Positions 12,313 through 27,400 of a DNA stretch of 64,000 nt are shown one piece after another. Origin of the DNA: Camelus ferus (taxonomy: Eukaryota). Position 1 is the stretch's first letter, and each line of letters starts with the position of its first letter. A program made the translations under genes and the position numbers. The stretch is from assembly GCF_009834535.1 (NCBI RefSeq), contig NC_045698.1, positions 98,704,001 to 98,768,000 on the forward strand, given 5' to 3'. The notes under the pieces were generated by a model that saw nothing but the letters and a program-made list of their open reading frames with translations, was not told the origin of the DNA and did no database searches.

Positions 12313-12885
12313 TTTGATGGTGAAACAGTGGAAGCTGACACCAGTGGAAGAAAATGAAAATTCTGTCCAGTCCAGTGCTGGGACTAATACAGGCTAGGCA
12401 GATGGCATAAAATTCATTTTAAAGATCCTAAAAGAAAACCCAGAATTCTGATTAAAGACAAAGACCTAGGGGCAGGAGTAGAGGGGAGACAAAGACCTGG
12501 AAAAGGGGAAAGAGAAGGAAAAGCAAGTGGCAAGTAAGACTGGGAAAAACTGAAACAACTTAATATGAGTAAAGAAGCATGAGTGGGAAATAATATACAG
12601 AATAAAACCAGATGTCAAAGAAAAAGAAACAGAAATCTTCACAGAGCTGCAGTAAAGGCTACCAAGAAGTTATTTGATGAGACTCAAAAGCATCAAAACA
12701 ATGTTGATGAAAGGTTTTTAAAAAACAGACTAGAAGCTCTACTAGAAAACAGGGTGCATTGATACCAGTTGTTGCCAATAAATATTCCATCATTGTTCTC
12801 AGAGGAGTGGATTAAAGTTAGAAAAAGTTCAATGGGGAAGAAGCCAAAAGGTTAAAAAAAAAACTGAAATAAGACTGGAAGTGTG
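12313..12885 (+). pseudogene. RRP15: Degenerate processed (intronless) pseudogene fragment of RRP15 (ribosomal RNA processing 15)
   Basis: Translated blocks ENENSVQSSAGTNTG*AD, ILIKDKDL/EKGKEK, KHEWEIIYRIKPDVKEKETE, KLFDETQKHQNNVDE and SSTRKQGALIPVVANKYSIIVLRGVD are collinear with human RRP15 as recalled (ENENDGESSVGTNMGWAD, EWEMMCRVKPDVVQDKETE, QLFNAVQKHQKNVDE, GSSMRKRAKLISTVSKKDFISVLRGMD). Confidence 0.8.
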
Positions 12886-13359
12886 CAATGTCACTCAAGA
12901 ATGTTGATTCAAAATCTAAAGATATTATCAAATCCTATCTACTATATATTTAATATTTATCATTTATAGCTTATGACTAAGTAGAGTTTATTACAGGGAT
13001 GCAAGGATATTTCATTATAAGAAAATCTAATAATGTAAAACTCCATTTTGAGAGAGTAAAGATAAAAGGCCATATATTCATCTCAACAGAAACATAATAA
13101 AGCTCTTGAGAACATTCAACCCATGATTAAAACCTTTTAGCAAACTGGGAATTGAAGGAAACCTTAACCGGATAAAGAGTATCTATCAAAAACTCATAGA
13201 ACTACCCAAAGCAATCTACCAACTCAGTGCAATCCTTGTCAAAATCCCAGTGCCTTTTTTTTTTGTAGAAATAGAAAAAAGTCCATCCTAAAATTCATAG
13301 TATCAAAGGACCTCAAATAGCCAAAACAATCTTGAAAAAGAAGAACAAAGAACAAACCA

Positions 13360-13735
13360 CCTTCTGTTTCCTAGATGTTCCATGCTGCCTCTCACCTCCA
13401 AGCACTTGTACTGAGGTTCTAGAACACTACTCCAGCCTCTTTCTTGATCCAGTCATACATACCCTTTAGGATCCAGTTTCAATCTTGTCCTGGAAAAGGC
13501 TTTCCTGACCCCTAATTCTAGGCTGGATAACCTTCCTATATATTCTCCCATTACCCATGTTTGCAACAACCCTAACAGTTATGATGCTCTGTTGAAATAC
13601 TCTGTTTACTTTCCTGTGTCCTCTCCTATCCTGTAAGCTTCCTGAGAACAGGGACTGTGTTCATCAGGCTCACCATTTCTATCTCCAGCATCAGTCAGGC
13701 AAAGTGTCAGGCACATGATAGTTACCCAATTAAGT
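13360..13735 (+). mobile_element. L2 3' end fossil
   Basis: ctgtaagcttcctgagaacagggactgtgttcatc...atctccagca...gtgtcaggcacatgatag resembles the L2 3' terminus. Confidence 0.65.
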
Positions 13736-14114
13736 GATAATTCAATAATTTATATACAGGTTGTGAAGTTTAACGCTAAGCCATCAAGCACTGAAATTCA
13801 AAATATGTAACATTAGAAGATAATATGGCTAATGTTTTAAAATTGGCCTTATTGTCTCTGAGTATAAAATAAGAGACTGAAGACGTTTGGAGTAAGGGTA
13901 GAGGCTGCCTTGATTAATGCCTCCAGCGTTCAATAATACTTTCCTAGCAACTACTATCAAAGTTGCATTCATTTACACCATTCTTGTTCATTCTGAGAAA
14001 AAGACTCCTGGCTTGAAAGAGTTGCTTCTAAGGTACCATAGAACTGTAAGATTCTTCAAAGCAGCTTGAAAGTCACAGCGGGTAACAAGAAATAACTTGG
14101 GTTTGCCTGAGAGC

Positions 14115-14155
14115 GTGCAGAAATTATTTAGGCCTCTGAGCGTCGCTGTTGACCA
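14115..14155 (+). promoter_or_regulatory. PCDHGA2 promoter CSE (CTCF site)
   Basis: gtgcag at 14115, ggcctctgagcgtcgctgttgacc, CGCT at 14144. Confidence 0.92.
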
Positions 14156-14396
14156 CCTAAGAAGTAAGCCTGCGAGCCATCCAATCCAAACATTACGGCC
14201 CCCAAAACACAAAGGGCTGGGCATTTGGCCGGCAAGCTTCCGGGAGGCAAAGAAATTCAGTCCAGCAGCCCATTAGTTCTCTCCACAGTGACCTGGGTCT
14301 CGTCAATGCTAGTCACCTCAGACCCTGAAGAATAAAGATTGGAATCCTGCACTGGGTGCTGGAAGTTGCCTGGGAGAAAAGATTGCAGCTGAAGAA

Positions 14397-16818
14397 ATGG
14401 CGGCTCTGCTCAAGTTGCCAAACCGCGGAAGGCTTGTCCTGCTGTGCCTTCTTTTGGCGGCCCTGTGGGAGGCTGGAGATGGGCAGATGCGCTATTCTGT
14501 GCCAGAAGAGCTCGAAAAAGGCTCTTTCGTGGGAAATATCGCTAAAGACTTGGGTTTGGATCCCCAGGACTTGACGGAGCGCGGAGTCCGCATCGTCTCC
14601 AGAGGTAGGACGCAGCTCTTTGCTCTGAACCCGCGAAGCGGCAGCTTGGTTACCGCGGGGAGGATAGACCGGGAGGAGCTCTGTGCGCAGAGCGCTCGGT
14701 GTTTGGTGAACTTTAACATACTCCTGGAAGATAAACTGAGTATTTATTCAGTAGAGGTGGAAATAACAGATATTAACGATAATGCCCCTCGCTTTGGAGT
14801 AGAGGAACTGGAGCTAAAAATCAGTGAAACGACTACGCCAGGATTCCGCATCCCTCTTAAGAGCGCTCACGATGCGGATGTAGGAGAGAACACCCTCCAA
14901 AAGTACGAACTTAATTCAAATGACCACTTCTCCCTGGACGTGCGAAGAGGAATGGATGGGAACAAGTACCCGGAGCTGGTGCTGGAACGCTCCCTTGACC
15001 GTGAGGAAGAGGCCGTACACCACCTCATTCTTGTGGCTTTGGACGGGGGCGACCCTATCAGATCTGGCACCTCCCGCATCCGCGTGGTGGTCCAGGATGT
15101 AAACGACAATGCGCCTGTCTTTACACAGCCAGAGTACCGTGTAAGTGTTCCAGAGAATATGCCTGTAGGCACCCAGATACTCAAAGTGACCGCCACTGAT
15201 GCAGATGAGGGGTACAACGCCCAAGTGGCATATTTTCTGGAGAAAAACCCTGAAGAAACCTCAGAGATATTTGAGCTTAAATCAACATCTGGAGAAATAA
15301 CAATCACAAAAAGTCTAGATTATGAGGATGCCAAATTCCATGAAATTGATATTGAAGCTCAGGATGGCCCAGGCCTTTTGAGCAGAACGAAGGTCATTGT
15401 TACAGTTCTGGATGTGAATGACAATGCCCCAGAATTTTACATGACCTCTGCTACCAGCTCAGTTCCTGAAGACTCTCCTCCAGGAACCATAATTGCACTT
15501 TTCAATGTACATGACAGAGACTCTGGGCAGAATGCTTTTATCACATGTTCACTCCCAGAGAACCTTCCTTTCAAGTTAGAAAGGTCAGTGGACAATTACC
15601 ACCGACTGGTTACAACCAGAGTCCTTGACAGGGAACAATTTTCCTCTTATAACATCACTGTGACTGCTAAAGATGGAGGGAACCCATCTCTGTCCACAGA
15701 TGCTCACATTTTGCTGCAGGTGGCAGACATCAACGATAACCCGCCCACCTTTCCCCACACATCCTATTCTGCCTACATTCCTGAAAACAACCTCAGAGGC
15801 GCCTCCATCTTTTCCATGATGGCCTATGATCCAGACAGCGATGACAATGCCCATGTAACTTATAACTTGGCTGAGGACACCCTTCAGGGGGCACCTCTCT
15901 CCTCCTACATCTCCATCAACTCTGACACCGGTGTCCTCTATGCTCTGCGTTCCTTTGACTATGAGCAGTTCCGTGAACTGCAGCTGTATGTGACAGCACG
16001 GGACAGCGGGAACCCACCACTGAGCAGTAATGTGTCTCTGAGCCTGTTCGTGCTGGACCAGAATGACAATGCACCAGAAATTCTGTACCCCGCCCTCCCT
16101 ACAGATGGTTCCACTGGCGTGGAGCTGGCACCCCGCTCTGCAGAGCCTGGCTATCTGGTGACCAAGGTGGTGGCAGTGGACAGAGACTCAGGCCAGAATG
16201 CCTGGCTCTCCTACCACCTACTCAAGGCCAGCGAGCCAGGGCTCTTCGCGGTGGGGCTGCACACGGGCGAGGTGCGCACAAGCACGGGCCCTGCTGGACA
16301 GAGATGCGCTCAAGCAGAGCCTGGTGGTGGCGGTGCAGGACCATGGGCAGCCCCCTCTCTCTGCCACTGTCACGCTCACGGTAGCCGTGGCTGACAGCAT
16401 CCCAGATGTCCTGGCCGACCTGGGCAGTCTCGAGGTCCCCGCACACCCAGAGGCTTCGGACGTCACGTTGTACCTGGTGGTGGCGGTGGCGTCGGTCTCC
16501 TGCATCTTCCTGGCCTTTGTCATCGTGCTGCTGGCTCTCAGGCTGAGGCGCTGGCAAACATCGCGTCTGCTTCAGGCTTCAGGAGGCAGACTGGCAGGCG
16601 TACCCGCCTCTCAGTTCGTGGGCGTGGACGGGGTGCGGGCTTTCCTGCAGACCTACTCTCACGAGGTGTCGCTCACCGCGGACTCGCGAAAGAGTCACGT
16701 GATCTTCCCGCAGCCCAACTATGCGGACACGCTCATCAGCCAGGAGAGCTGTGGGAAAAAGGATTTTCTTTCAGACCCTCAAGTTCTACCTGAAGATAAA
16801 GAAGAAACACTTTCTCAG
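14397..16818 (+). CDS. PCDHGA2: Protocadherin gamma-A2 variable exon carrying a +1 frameshift in EC6 (pseudogenised allele or assembly error)
   Basis: [43 protein letters not shown] matches GA2. Exon is 2422 nt (3n+1); cgcacaagcacggg at 16275-16288 vs cgcacagcgcggg in paralogs; premature TGA at 16392-16394; donor CAG|GTAAAT after 16818. Confidence 0.9.
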
Positions 16819-18968
16819 GTAAATTCTCATCGCAATATACCTGTGAGCTGTTTTTCTAAAATAAATACATTTGCTTAATCATTTAGCTGTCTCCACAATT
16901 TACCAGATCTCTTCTATTTCTCATATTTCTTTATGGATATATTCAATTTTTAGGAAATTAGTTCCGATGAATTATCTCTCAGTGGTTCTAAGTGTTCACA
17001 CCCTGTAACAAGGAAGGGGGGCCTAGAATCATTGTGTAATGAGTATAAATGAGGAGTTAGTATGCAAAGTTGATATATGGGTTATGGAAAGAGCACTACC
17101 TTAGGAACTGGGGTATCTGGTTCTCATGCTTTCTTTCTCATCCCTGAGCAAATCGTTGCATCCACCAGGATCAACAGTTCTTTTTTTCTTAGAAATATGA
17201 AGGTTGAATTTTATGTTTACTCAAATGCCTTCCTTCTTTAAAATTTAAGGCTGTTATGTTTTATATTTAAATTTGTTAATGAATAATGAAATACTTTAGT
17301 TGGTTATTTTCTTCTAACTCATTCTTAATAGTTTTCTTTCAGTTTGGCAGTGAGATTCTTTATTTTTCTCAATTTGTATGATCTTCCCTATTAAAAGATG
17401 CGAATTTAGAAATACGTATGCTTCACCATGTTTCAGGAAGGTATGTCATGTAATGTCTTTTTAGTTAAAAATCTCTTTAACCTCTAAAGTAGCTCTGTGT
17501 TCCTTTAAGAAGTGATTGAGTTCTCATTTGCTCTATAATAAATGGGTAGTATAATAGTAAACATGTTTCTCTGTGCTGTTACTTTTTACTTTTCTCATAC
17601 GTGGAAACCATGTTGCCGTTTTATCTTTAAAAATAATACATATCCTTAAGGGATTCAGAAGCCACATCAAATAATTGCCCATGAAGATCCTTCTTATACA
17701 TCTCTCTTAAATTTTCCTACTCACAGCAGCTGTTAAATATATTTCCAGTTTCTCAACCAACATCAGTCCCCCTCATAACTACAGTTTTCCTTCCCCATTC
17801 CTTTTCTCATGTTGGGTTTTAGTGTGTTAGTTATATATTTAATAACAGAGAACAAGGAATACACTAATATTCTATGTAACTGGGATCATTTTTAATTTTT
17901 GATTTGCAAATAATCATGTACTGACTCAGTTGTGTTTATAATGATATTATGATCACTTAAAGTGCTGTGATTCTTTATTGTTTAAGGGCGTCTGGGGGGA
18001 AATTGATCTGAGACAATGTATTCCATTGTGTTATTACTATTACATAATTTTATTTGAGATGAAGTTGGAACTCACTGAGAATAATACATCATAAATCTTT
18101 ATGTGTAAATAAATAAAAAAGGGTAAGTTGAGGGAAACTGAAGACAGAGTTCCTTCTAGTGTGTAAGTAACTTCACAAGAATAAATGCCTTATGCATAGG
18201 TATATAATGCATCATGATTGAAATGACATATATTTCTATTTCTGTGCTTGAAGAGGAAAATGAATACAGGAAAAGGGTTTCTGGAATATAAAACATTTAT
18301 CTCTACTACTTTCAGTTTTGGTCCTTAAAAACATCTTCACAGTCTAGATTTAGGCCAAGTGGACTACTTTCAGTAACCTGAAGTTCTGTGATTTCTCTCT
18401 CACAGCCAGGCCTTATCCCTGACCCACTCCTCTCATGTTTCTTGGGAAAGCCTTTGCTAACCTCCAAGGCCAGGTTGGAGGCCTTCTCATTTCCCTTGGC
18501 TTCTCCCATTATCGTGGTTATCTCAATGCACTATAATACCTTGTTTGCTTTTATATCCTTATAATTCTGTGAAGGAAGTGGCTGTGTTCATATCATTCAC
18601 CTTAAATCCCCAGGTATTGTCAGACACTCAATTGCATGTTTGTTTAATGGTTAAATAGAAAATATTGAAACTAAGATGTCAGGCTATCAAAGACAGACTT
18701 CAAGAGGCATTACATATAAATATGACTTACACTTCTGTGCGGTTCTTCAACTTTGAATATTTCAAAACAGCAACTTTAGCATGTTTGAAACAATATTGGT
18801 GGCGTTAATGTTAGTGCATGGCTTCCCAAGGAAGATATCTTGAAGTCACATCGTTTAACACATAGCGATTCAATTATGTGAAATAAACACCGATCCCATT
18901 ACCTCTGATAAAAAGGATTTCAGGAGCGGGTAAACTTAAAAAGTACTGACTTGGGTTTGTCTGAGAGG

Positions 18969-19009
18969 GTGCAGTAAACGGTTAGGCCTCTGAGCGTCGC
19001 TGTTCACCA
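18969..19009 (+). promoter_or_regulatory. PCDHGA3 promoter CSE (CTCF site)
   Basis: gtgcag at 18969, ggcctctgagcgtcgctgttcacc, CGCT at 18998. Confidence 0.92.
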
Positions 19010-19246
19010 CTCAAGGAGGAAAACGCCGCTTAAGACCCAGTCCATTTTCTTGTTTCCAAAGAGCAAAGAACCAGGAAAATACATTCAGAAGATCCGGGGC
19101 TGCTCCAGAGCTCACCCTCTTAGTCCGCCAGCTCTGTGACCTATAAATTAGGCCCATGAAAGGCTTAGGGCCTTGAGAAAATAAGATTGGAGTCCGTCGT
19201 GGAAAATTGGAACCCAATTCAGAGAAAATAATTCACCAAAAGGGAA

Positions 19247-21670
19247 ATGACCAGTCATCCGAGATTCAGAAACGGCAGAGGACTGGCCCTGCTGTGCGCG
19301 CTTCTGGGGACGCTGTGCAAGACCGGATGCGGGCAGATCCGCTACTCGGTGCTAGAGGAGCTGGACAAAGGCTCCTTCGTGGGCAACATCGCCAAGGACC
19401 TGGGGCTGGAGCCNNNNNNNNNNNNNNNNNNNNNNNNNNNNNNNNNNNNNNNNNNNNNNNNNNNNNNNNNNNNNNNNNNNNNNNNNNNNNNNNNNNNNNN
19501 NNNNNNNNNNNNNNNNNNNNNNNNNNNNNNNNNNNNNNNNNNNNNNNNNNNNNNNNNNAAATTTAATATCCTGGTTGAAGACAAACTGAAAATTTTTGAA
19601 ATAGAAATAGAAATTGAAGACATTAATGACAATGCTCCTGATTTTCTAACAGAGGAATTAGAAATAAAAATTCCTGAACTAACGGCTCCTGGAACTCGAT
19701 TTTCACTTAAGACTGCATTTGACCCAGATGTGGGCATGAACTCTCTGCAGAACTATCAGCTCAGCCCCAGTGACTACTTTTCCCTGGTTGTGAAGAGTGT
19801 CTCTGATGGAGCCAAGTACCCAGAGCTAGTGCTGGAGCAGGCTCTGGACCGAGAGGAAAAGAAAGTTCACCAGCTTGTCCTTATTGCTTCTGATGGTGGT
19901 GATCCTGTCCACTCTAGCAATTTGTGCATTCAGGTGGTAGTTCTGGATGCAAATGACAATCCACCAGTATTTACTCAGCCTGAGTATCAAGTAAGTGTTC
20001 AGGAGAACTTGCCGGTGGGCACCCGGCTGCTCACAGTGAATGCCACCGACCCTGATGAGGGATTCAATGCTCAAGTGTCCTATATACTAGATAAAATGCC
20101 TGGGAAAATCGCTCAAATTTTTGATCTCAACTCAGTGACTGGAGATTTATCAATATTAAAAAGTCTTGATTATGAGGATGCCATGTCCTATGAAATTAAA
20201 ATTGAAGCACAAGATGGACCAGGTCTCCTTTCAAGAGCTAAGATTCTGGTCACAGTTCTGGATGTGAATGACAATGCTCCAGAAGTTACAATCACTTCTC
20301 TCACAGGATCAGTCCCAGAAGAGGCTACCGCTGGATGGGAAATTGCCCTTATCAATGTGCATGACCGGGATTCTGAGCAAAATGGCCAAGTCACCATTTT
20401 TGTTTTGGGAAATATGCCATTTCATTTAGAAAAATCAGTAAACCAGTATTACCGCTTAGTGACAGCAAGACCCCTGGACCGTGAACAGGTGTCTGAATAT
20501 AACATCACTCTGAGAGCTACAGATGGGGGAAGTCCGCCACTGTCCACGGACACTCACATTACCTTGCATGTGGCAGACATCAATGACAATCCACCTACCT
20601 TCACTCATGCCTCCTATTCTGCCTACATTCCTGAAAACAATCAGAGGGGAGCCTCTATCTTCTCTGTGACCGCCCACGACCCTGACAGCATTGAGAATGC
20701 CCAAATCACCTACACTCTGACTGAGGATACCATCCAGGGGGTGCCTGTCTCCACCTATGTCTCTATCAACTCCGACACTGGAGTCCTGTATGCCTTGCAT
20801 TCCTTTGACTATGAGCAGGTTAGAGACCTGCAGCTACTGGTGACAGCCAGTGACAGTGGGAACCCTCCACTCAGCAGCAATGTGTCTCTGACTCTCTTTG
20901 TGATGGACCAGAATGACAATGCACCTGAAATCCTGTACCCTGCTCTCCCTACTGACGGTTCCACGGGTGTGGAGCTGGCACCCCGTTCCGCAGAGCCTGG
21001 CTACCTGGTGACCAAGGTGGTGGCGGTGGACAGAGATTCAGGCCAGAATGCCTGGCTGTCCTACCGTCTACTCAAGGCCAGCGAGCCAGGGCTCTTCGCG
21101 GTGGGGCTGCACACGGGTGAGGTGCGCACAGCGCGGGCCCTGCTGGACAGAGATGCGCTCAAGCAGAGCCTGGTGGTGGCGGTCCAGGACCATGGGCAGC
21201 CCCCTCTCTCTGCCACCGTCACGCTCACGGTGGCCGTGGCTGACAGCATCCCAGATGTCCTGGCCGACCTGGGCAGCCTGGAAGTCCCGCGGGACTCTGA
21301 TGCTTCAGATCTCACGCTGTACCTGGTGGTGGCGGTGGCTTCGGTCTCTTGTGTCTTCCTGGCCTTTGTCATCGTGCTGCTGGCGCTCAGGCTGAGGCGC
21401 TGGCACACGTCGCGCGTGCTGCAGGCTTCAGGAGGCGGACTGGCGGGCGTACCCGCCTCTCAGTTTGTGGGCGTGGACGGGGTGCGGGCTTTCCTGCAGA
21501 CCTATTCCCACGAGGTGTCGCTCACCGCGGACTCGCGGAAGAGTCACGTGATCTTCCCACAGCCCAACTATGCGGACACGCTCATCAGCCAGGAGAGCTG
21601 CGAGAAAAGCGAGCCTCTCTTGATATCTCAAGATTTACTTGAAATGAAAGGAGACCCGAAGCAACTTCAG
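19247..21670 (+). CDS. PCDHGA3: Protocadherin gamma-A3 variable exon
   Basis: [18 protein letters not shown] signal, [11 protein letters not shown] and C-terminal [13 protein letters not shown] match GA3; 808 codons; donor CAG|GTGAGT after 21670; N-gap 19414-19558. Confidence 0.93.
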
Positions 21671-22298
21671 GTGAGTTTGTTTCTTTCTTTGAATATCATG
21701 AAAAACAATTATGCCAGTGTGGTTATTATAAAGCTTTAATGCTCGTTTATTTGAAAAAAAAAAAAGCAATGTGGTAGTCATTAGTTCTGTTTAAGTACGT
21801 GTTCCTTTTATCTTCTGGAATTATGGTGGGGCTGCACCTCCTGGCCTGGTAAGGCTGATGGGCCTATTAAATAGTTCTGACCTATACATTGTGAATGAAA
21901 ATGTATGAGTCTCTTCCTGGAGGAAGCTCTAGTTGCCACTGTGAGAATTGTCAGACCCCTGACTGACTCTTTGAAATTGTGACTGAGCCTTCTACTTGGG
22001 TCCTTGAATAACTGCCATGAGAAAAGAGTCTTGGTTGACCCAGCATTGATCTGTATACCTGCCATGCGTAGGCCTTTTTCATTTTAAGTTCCTGTAATGA
22101 AGTTTATCACTTCAGCCTACCTAGCCTATCCTGATATACATATATGGTATCTTAGGCTCTTATAATGTGATTCTTAACTCCTTATAAGCCAGACTGAATT
22201 CTCTTCAACCTGATGACATAAAAATGATAGGGTAAAAAAACATAGAGGTTGGTCAAATTCTTTTATCTAGCATGTAGTCTCTATTATGTATACTTAAA

Positions 22299-22322
22299 GT
22301 GTGTGTGTGTGTGTGTGTGTGT
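22299..22322. repeat. (GT)12 microsatellite
   Basis: Direct reading of the sequence. Confidence 0.95.
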
Positions 22323-23913
22323 ATTCATATGGATTTCAGCCTTTTGTCTGAACATGGGAAGCTCAATTGCCTAAACTGTTCTGAGCCTTGGAGTGGCATT
22401 TCTTCTTCTTTGAGAAGGATTTTGAAATGTAAGGAGATATGTCTCAGCCTCTGTTAGAGATTTCCAGGCCAGCCACTTCAACAATACTTTCTTGGGCTGG
22501 AAATTGTTGGCCCATTTTGAAATTTATGAAATTACATTCACCCATAAAGATGCAACAGAGAGTCATCCAAAATTAAGCAAAAATATATTTCATTAGATCT
22601 CAAACAGAGGAACACATCTCTCCCTCAATATATTAGGAAGAGGTACATTCAAAAATGTGGGACAACAGGGCCTGAGCAAAATAACTGAAAGCAGAGAAGT
22701 GTGTATTCTCATTCAAACATGCAAATGCATCACAGAAAAAAAGCATGTTACCATTGGAATAATTTTTAAGGAAAAATCTTTACAATATTAATATAAATTT
22801 CCTTGTAATGAGAAAAAATTTTAAATGGCTAGTGCCAGGGGAACTTTAGACATTCAAAGATAATTTTCTAAGGATTCCATATAAAACGTAGCTACATATC
22901 TATACATTGTGAAAATGCACAGAGTACAATGGCATCTAGATGGATATAGAATACGGATAATAAGGAGTCTCAGACATCCCATTTTTGCTAAAAAGATTTT
23001 TTTAAATGATGGGCAAAAAATCATTACAATAGAAAGGAAGGAGGGTTTTTAGTAAAAGGAACAGAAAGTATAAAGTTATGAAGTTGGGACAACAAGGGAA
23101 GGATGTCGTAGGAAAACATAATAGTCTGTCTTGACTGGAGTATAAGATGAGTATGGATTAGCACTGCAAAATAATAGACTAAATTGTTGAGTTGGTGTCT
23201 AATTTGGTAGTGCATTTGAAATAAAAGTATTTGTTTTAGTTACCCAAGATCAGTTCAGGGATTACAGGTAAGTTTCAAAATGAAGTGTCTAAGAAGTCTC
23301 AATGCCTCTCCAGGATTTACCAGTGATCAACTCAAACTCACTTTGTCTAATAATGGTATAAACAGACTGGAGCTCAGAATTGGCACTAAGGAATATTGTG
23401 TATACATTCATATAGTAAAGCACTGGTTTCATAAAAGTAAATATAGCTTACACAAGATTCAGTTTTATAAAAGCATGTGTGTGTGTCCAAATACTAGACT
23501 GGTGTCTCTAACAAAATATAAGTTTCCTTTATACTTAGTGGGAAGATTATCTATGTTTTAAAATAATAAGCAATACATTAAAATAAGTCTAGGGCTTGGA
23601 CTAACTCTTTTTTTGCAAAGATTAGATCTAATCTAATTGGTTACATCTGCGCTAGTCATGCCAGTGTTTATACATTGAAATCACTGAAGATACTTTTGCC
23701 CCCAAAACTGAAAAAAAAAAAATTGTATGACTTACAAAAAATCTTTAATGAAAAGAGAAGAATATAAAATAATGGCAACACCTATAAGATGATAAAAAAA
23801 AACTAGAAAATATCAAACTAAATGGTAAGTTTGAATAGTTTGTTCTTTCCAACAAGTAAAAAGACAAGATATATAGATTCAAGAGCTTATACTTTGAGAA
23901 ATTGTTGGGCTAT

Positions 23914-23955
23914 ATGCAGTTTTCCCAGAAAACCTCTGGGCGCCGCTGTTGACCA
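23914..23955 (+). promoter_or_regulatory. PCDHGB1 promoter CSE (CTCF site)
   Basis: atgcag at 23914, aacctctgggcgccgctgttgacc, CGCT at 23944. Confidence 0.92.
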
Positions 23956-24175
23956 GAGGGAAGATAAGGGTTCTCAGTTCTGCAGAAGAAACGGGCAGTG
24001 TTTTTCTGCCTTGTCCTGTCCTGTGCATATCAGAACGCAGACTCGGCTCCTGTGCACCCTAAAGCGCCTAACAGTCAAGTCCTACCCTCAAATCACAGAA
24101 GTCCAGGGTGCTGTCATTGATTTTTTAAACATCCCAGAGACATCTTGAAGATCAGCTTTCCAGAGAATTCAAGAA

Positions 24176-26584
<2,409 letters not shown>

Positions 26585-27144
26585 GTGAGTTTTTGCAGAC
26601 TTACTTAAATTTTATACTACTGTGTTTTATTCTCAATAGTGCATGATTAGTTTTGGTCCTTGTTCGTTTTTCTAGTGATGGTAGTGGGAGAGGGAGGTGT
26701 ATTGGATTGTTGGGGATTGGTTCCTTGATTGCTCAGTAGTCTTGGCAGTTATCTAATTACTATTTCATAGTTGGTACTGTTGGCATTTCTGTATGGTTAA
26801 CCAATCTTGCTAAAGACAGCATTTTCTTTTATGTCACCACCCTTAGTTATAGGGCAATATTACTTAGTTGATGTGTAATACTCTTTTTTTTCAAGTTTTA
26901 CTCTTTATAACTGTATTGAGTTGTTTCTGCCTAAGTTAAAGTTTCTGTTCATCTTCATCAAATACATTCTAGTTGTTTATCTTTTTCCGTGATGTGCATT
27001 TTAAATATAGCTTTCCAATGATTAAGTCTCTTCATTCTGTTTTGCCTTATCACAGGTAGCAAAGACTGCCAGGTTTTACATTTGAATGACTAATTTTGGG
27101 TCTTTATTACCACTTCATAATCTGTCAAGAATAGTTTTCTTCAA

Positions 27145-27400
27145 CCTCAATGGCTGTCAATGAATGGATGGATAAACAAAATTTGGTGTGTCCATATAAT
27201 GGACTATTGTTCATCCAAAAAAAGGCATGAAGGTCTGATACATGCAACAACATTGATGGAAACATTATGAAGGCAGACACAAAATGCTTCATATTATGTG
27301 ACTGCATTTGTGTGAAACACCCAGAATACATACATCCTATTACAGATGCATAGTGACAGAATAAAGGTTAGTGTTTGCCAAGGGCTGAGGGGAGAGGAGA
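27145..27400 (+). mobile_element. Old L1 3' UTR fragment (L1MB/MC-like)
   Basis: tcaatgaatggatggataaacaaaatttggtg...catgcaacaacattgatgga...gttagtgtttgccaagggctgagggga. Confidence 0.65.

Larger units (their letters stand above)
11030..13350 (+). mobile_element. Highly decayed old L1 ORF2 fragments (L1ME-like) hosting later insertions
   Basis: Endonuclease/RT-like remnants (gacttgaacagcagaatc...gatctgatagatc, cagggatgcaagg, catctcaacagaaac, caaaatcccagtg, caaatagccaaaacaatcttgaaaaagaagaacaaag); boundaries approximate. Confidence 0.65.

Noticed and set aside
16198-16878. Separate 226-aa ORF that looks like an independent TM protein
   Set aside because: It is the downstream frame of PCDHGA2 after the +1 frameshift.
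21800-22560. Higher-complexity spacer sequence and an 85-aa antisense ORF (21808-22065) after GA3
   Set aside because: Manual translation gave nothing I recognise; probably a decayed repeat or neutral DNA. Would need RepeatMasker/BLAST.
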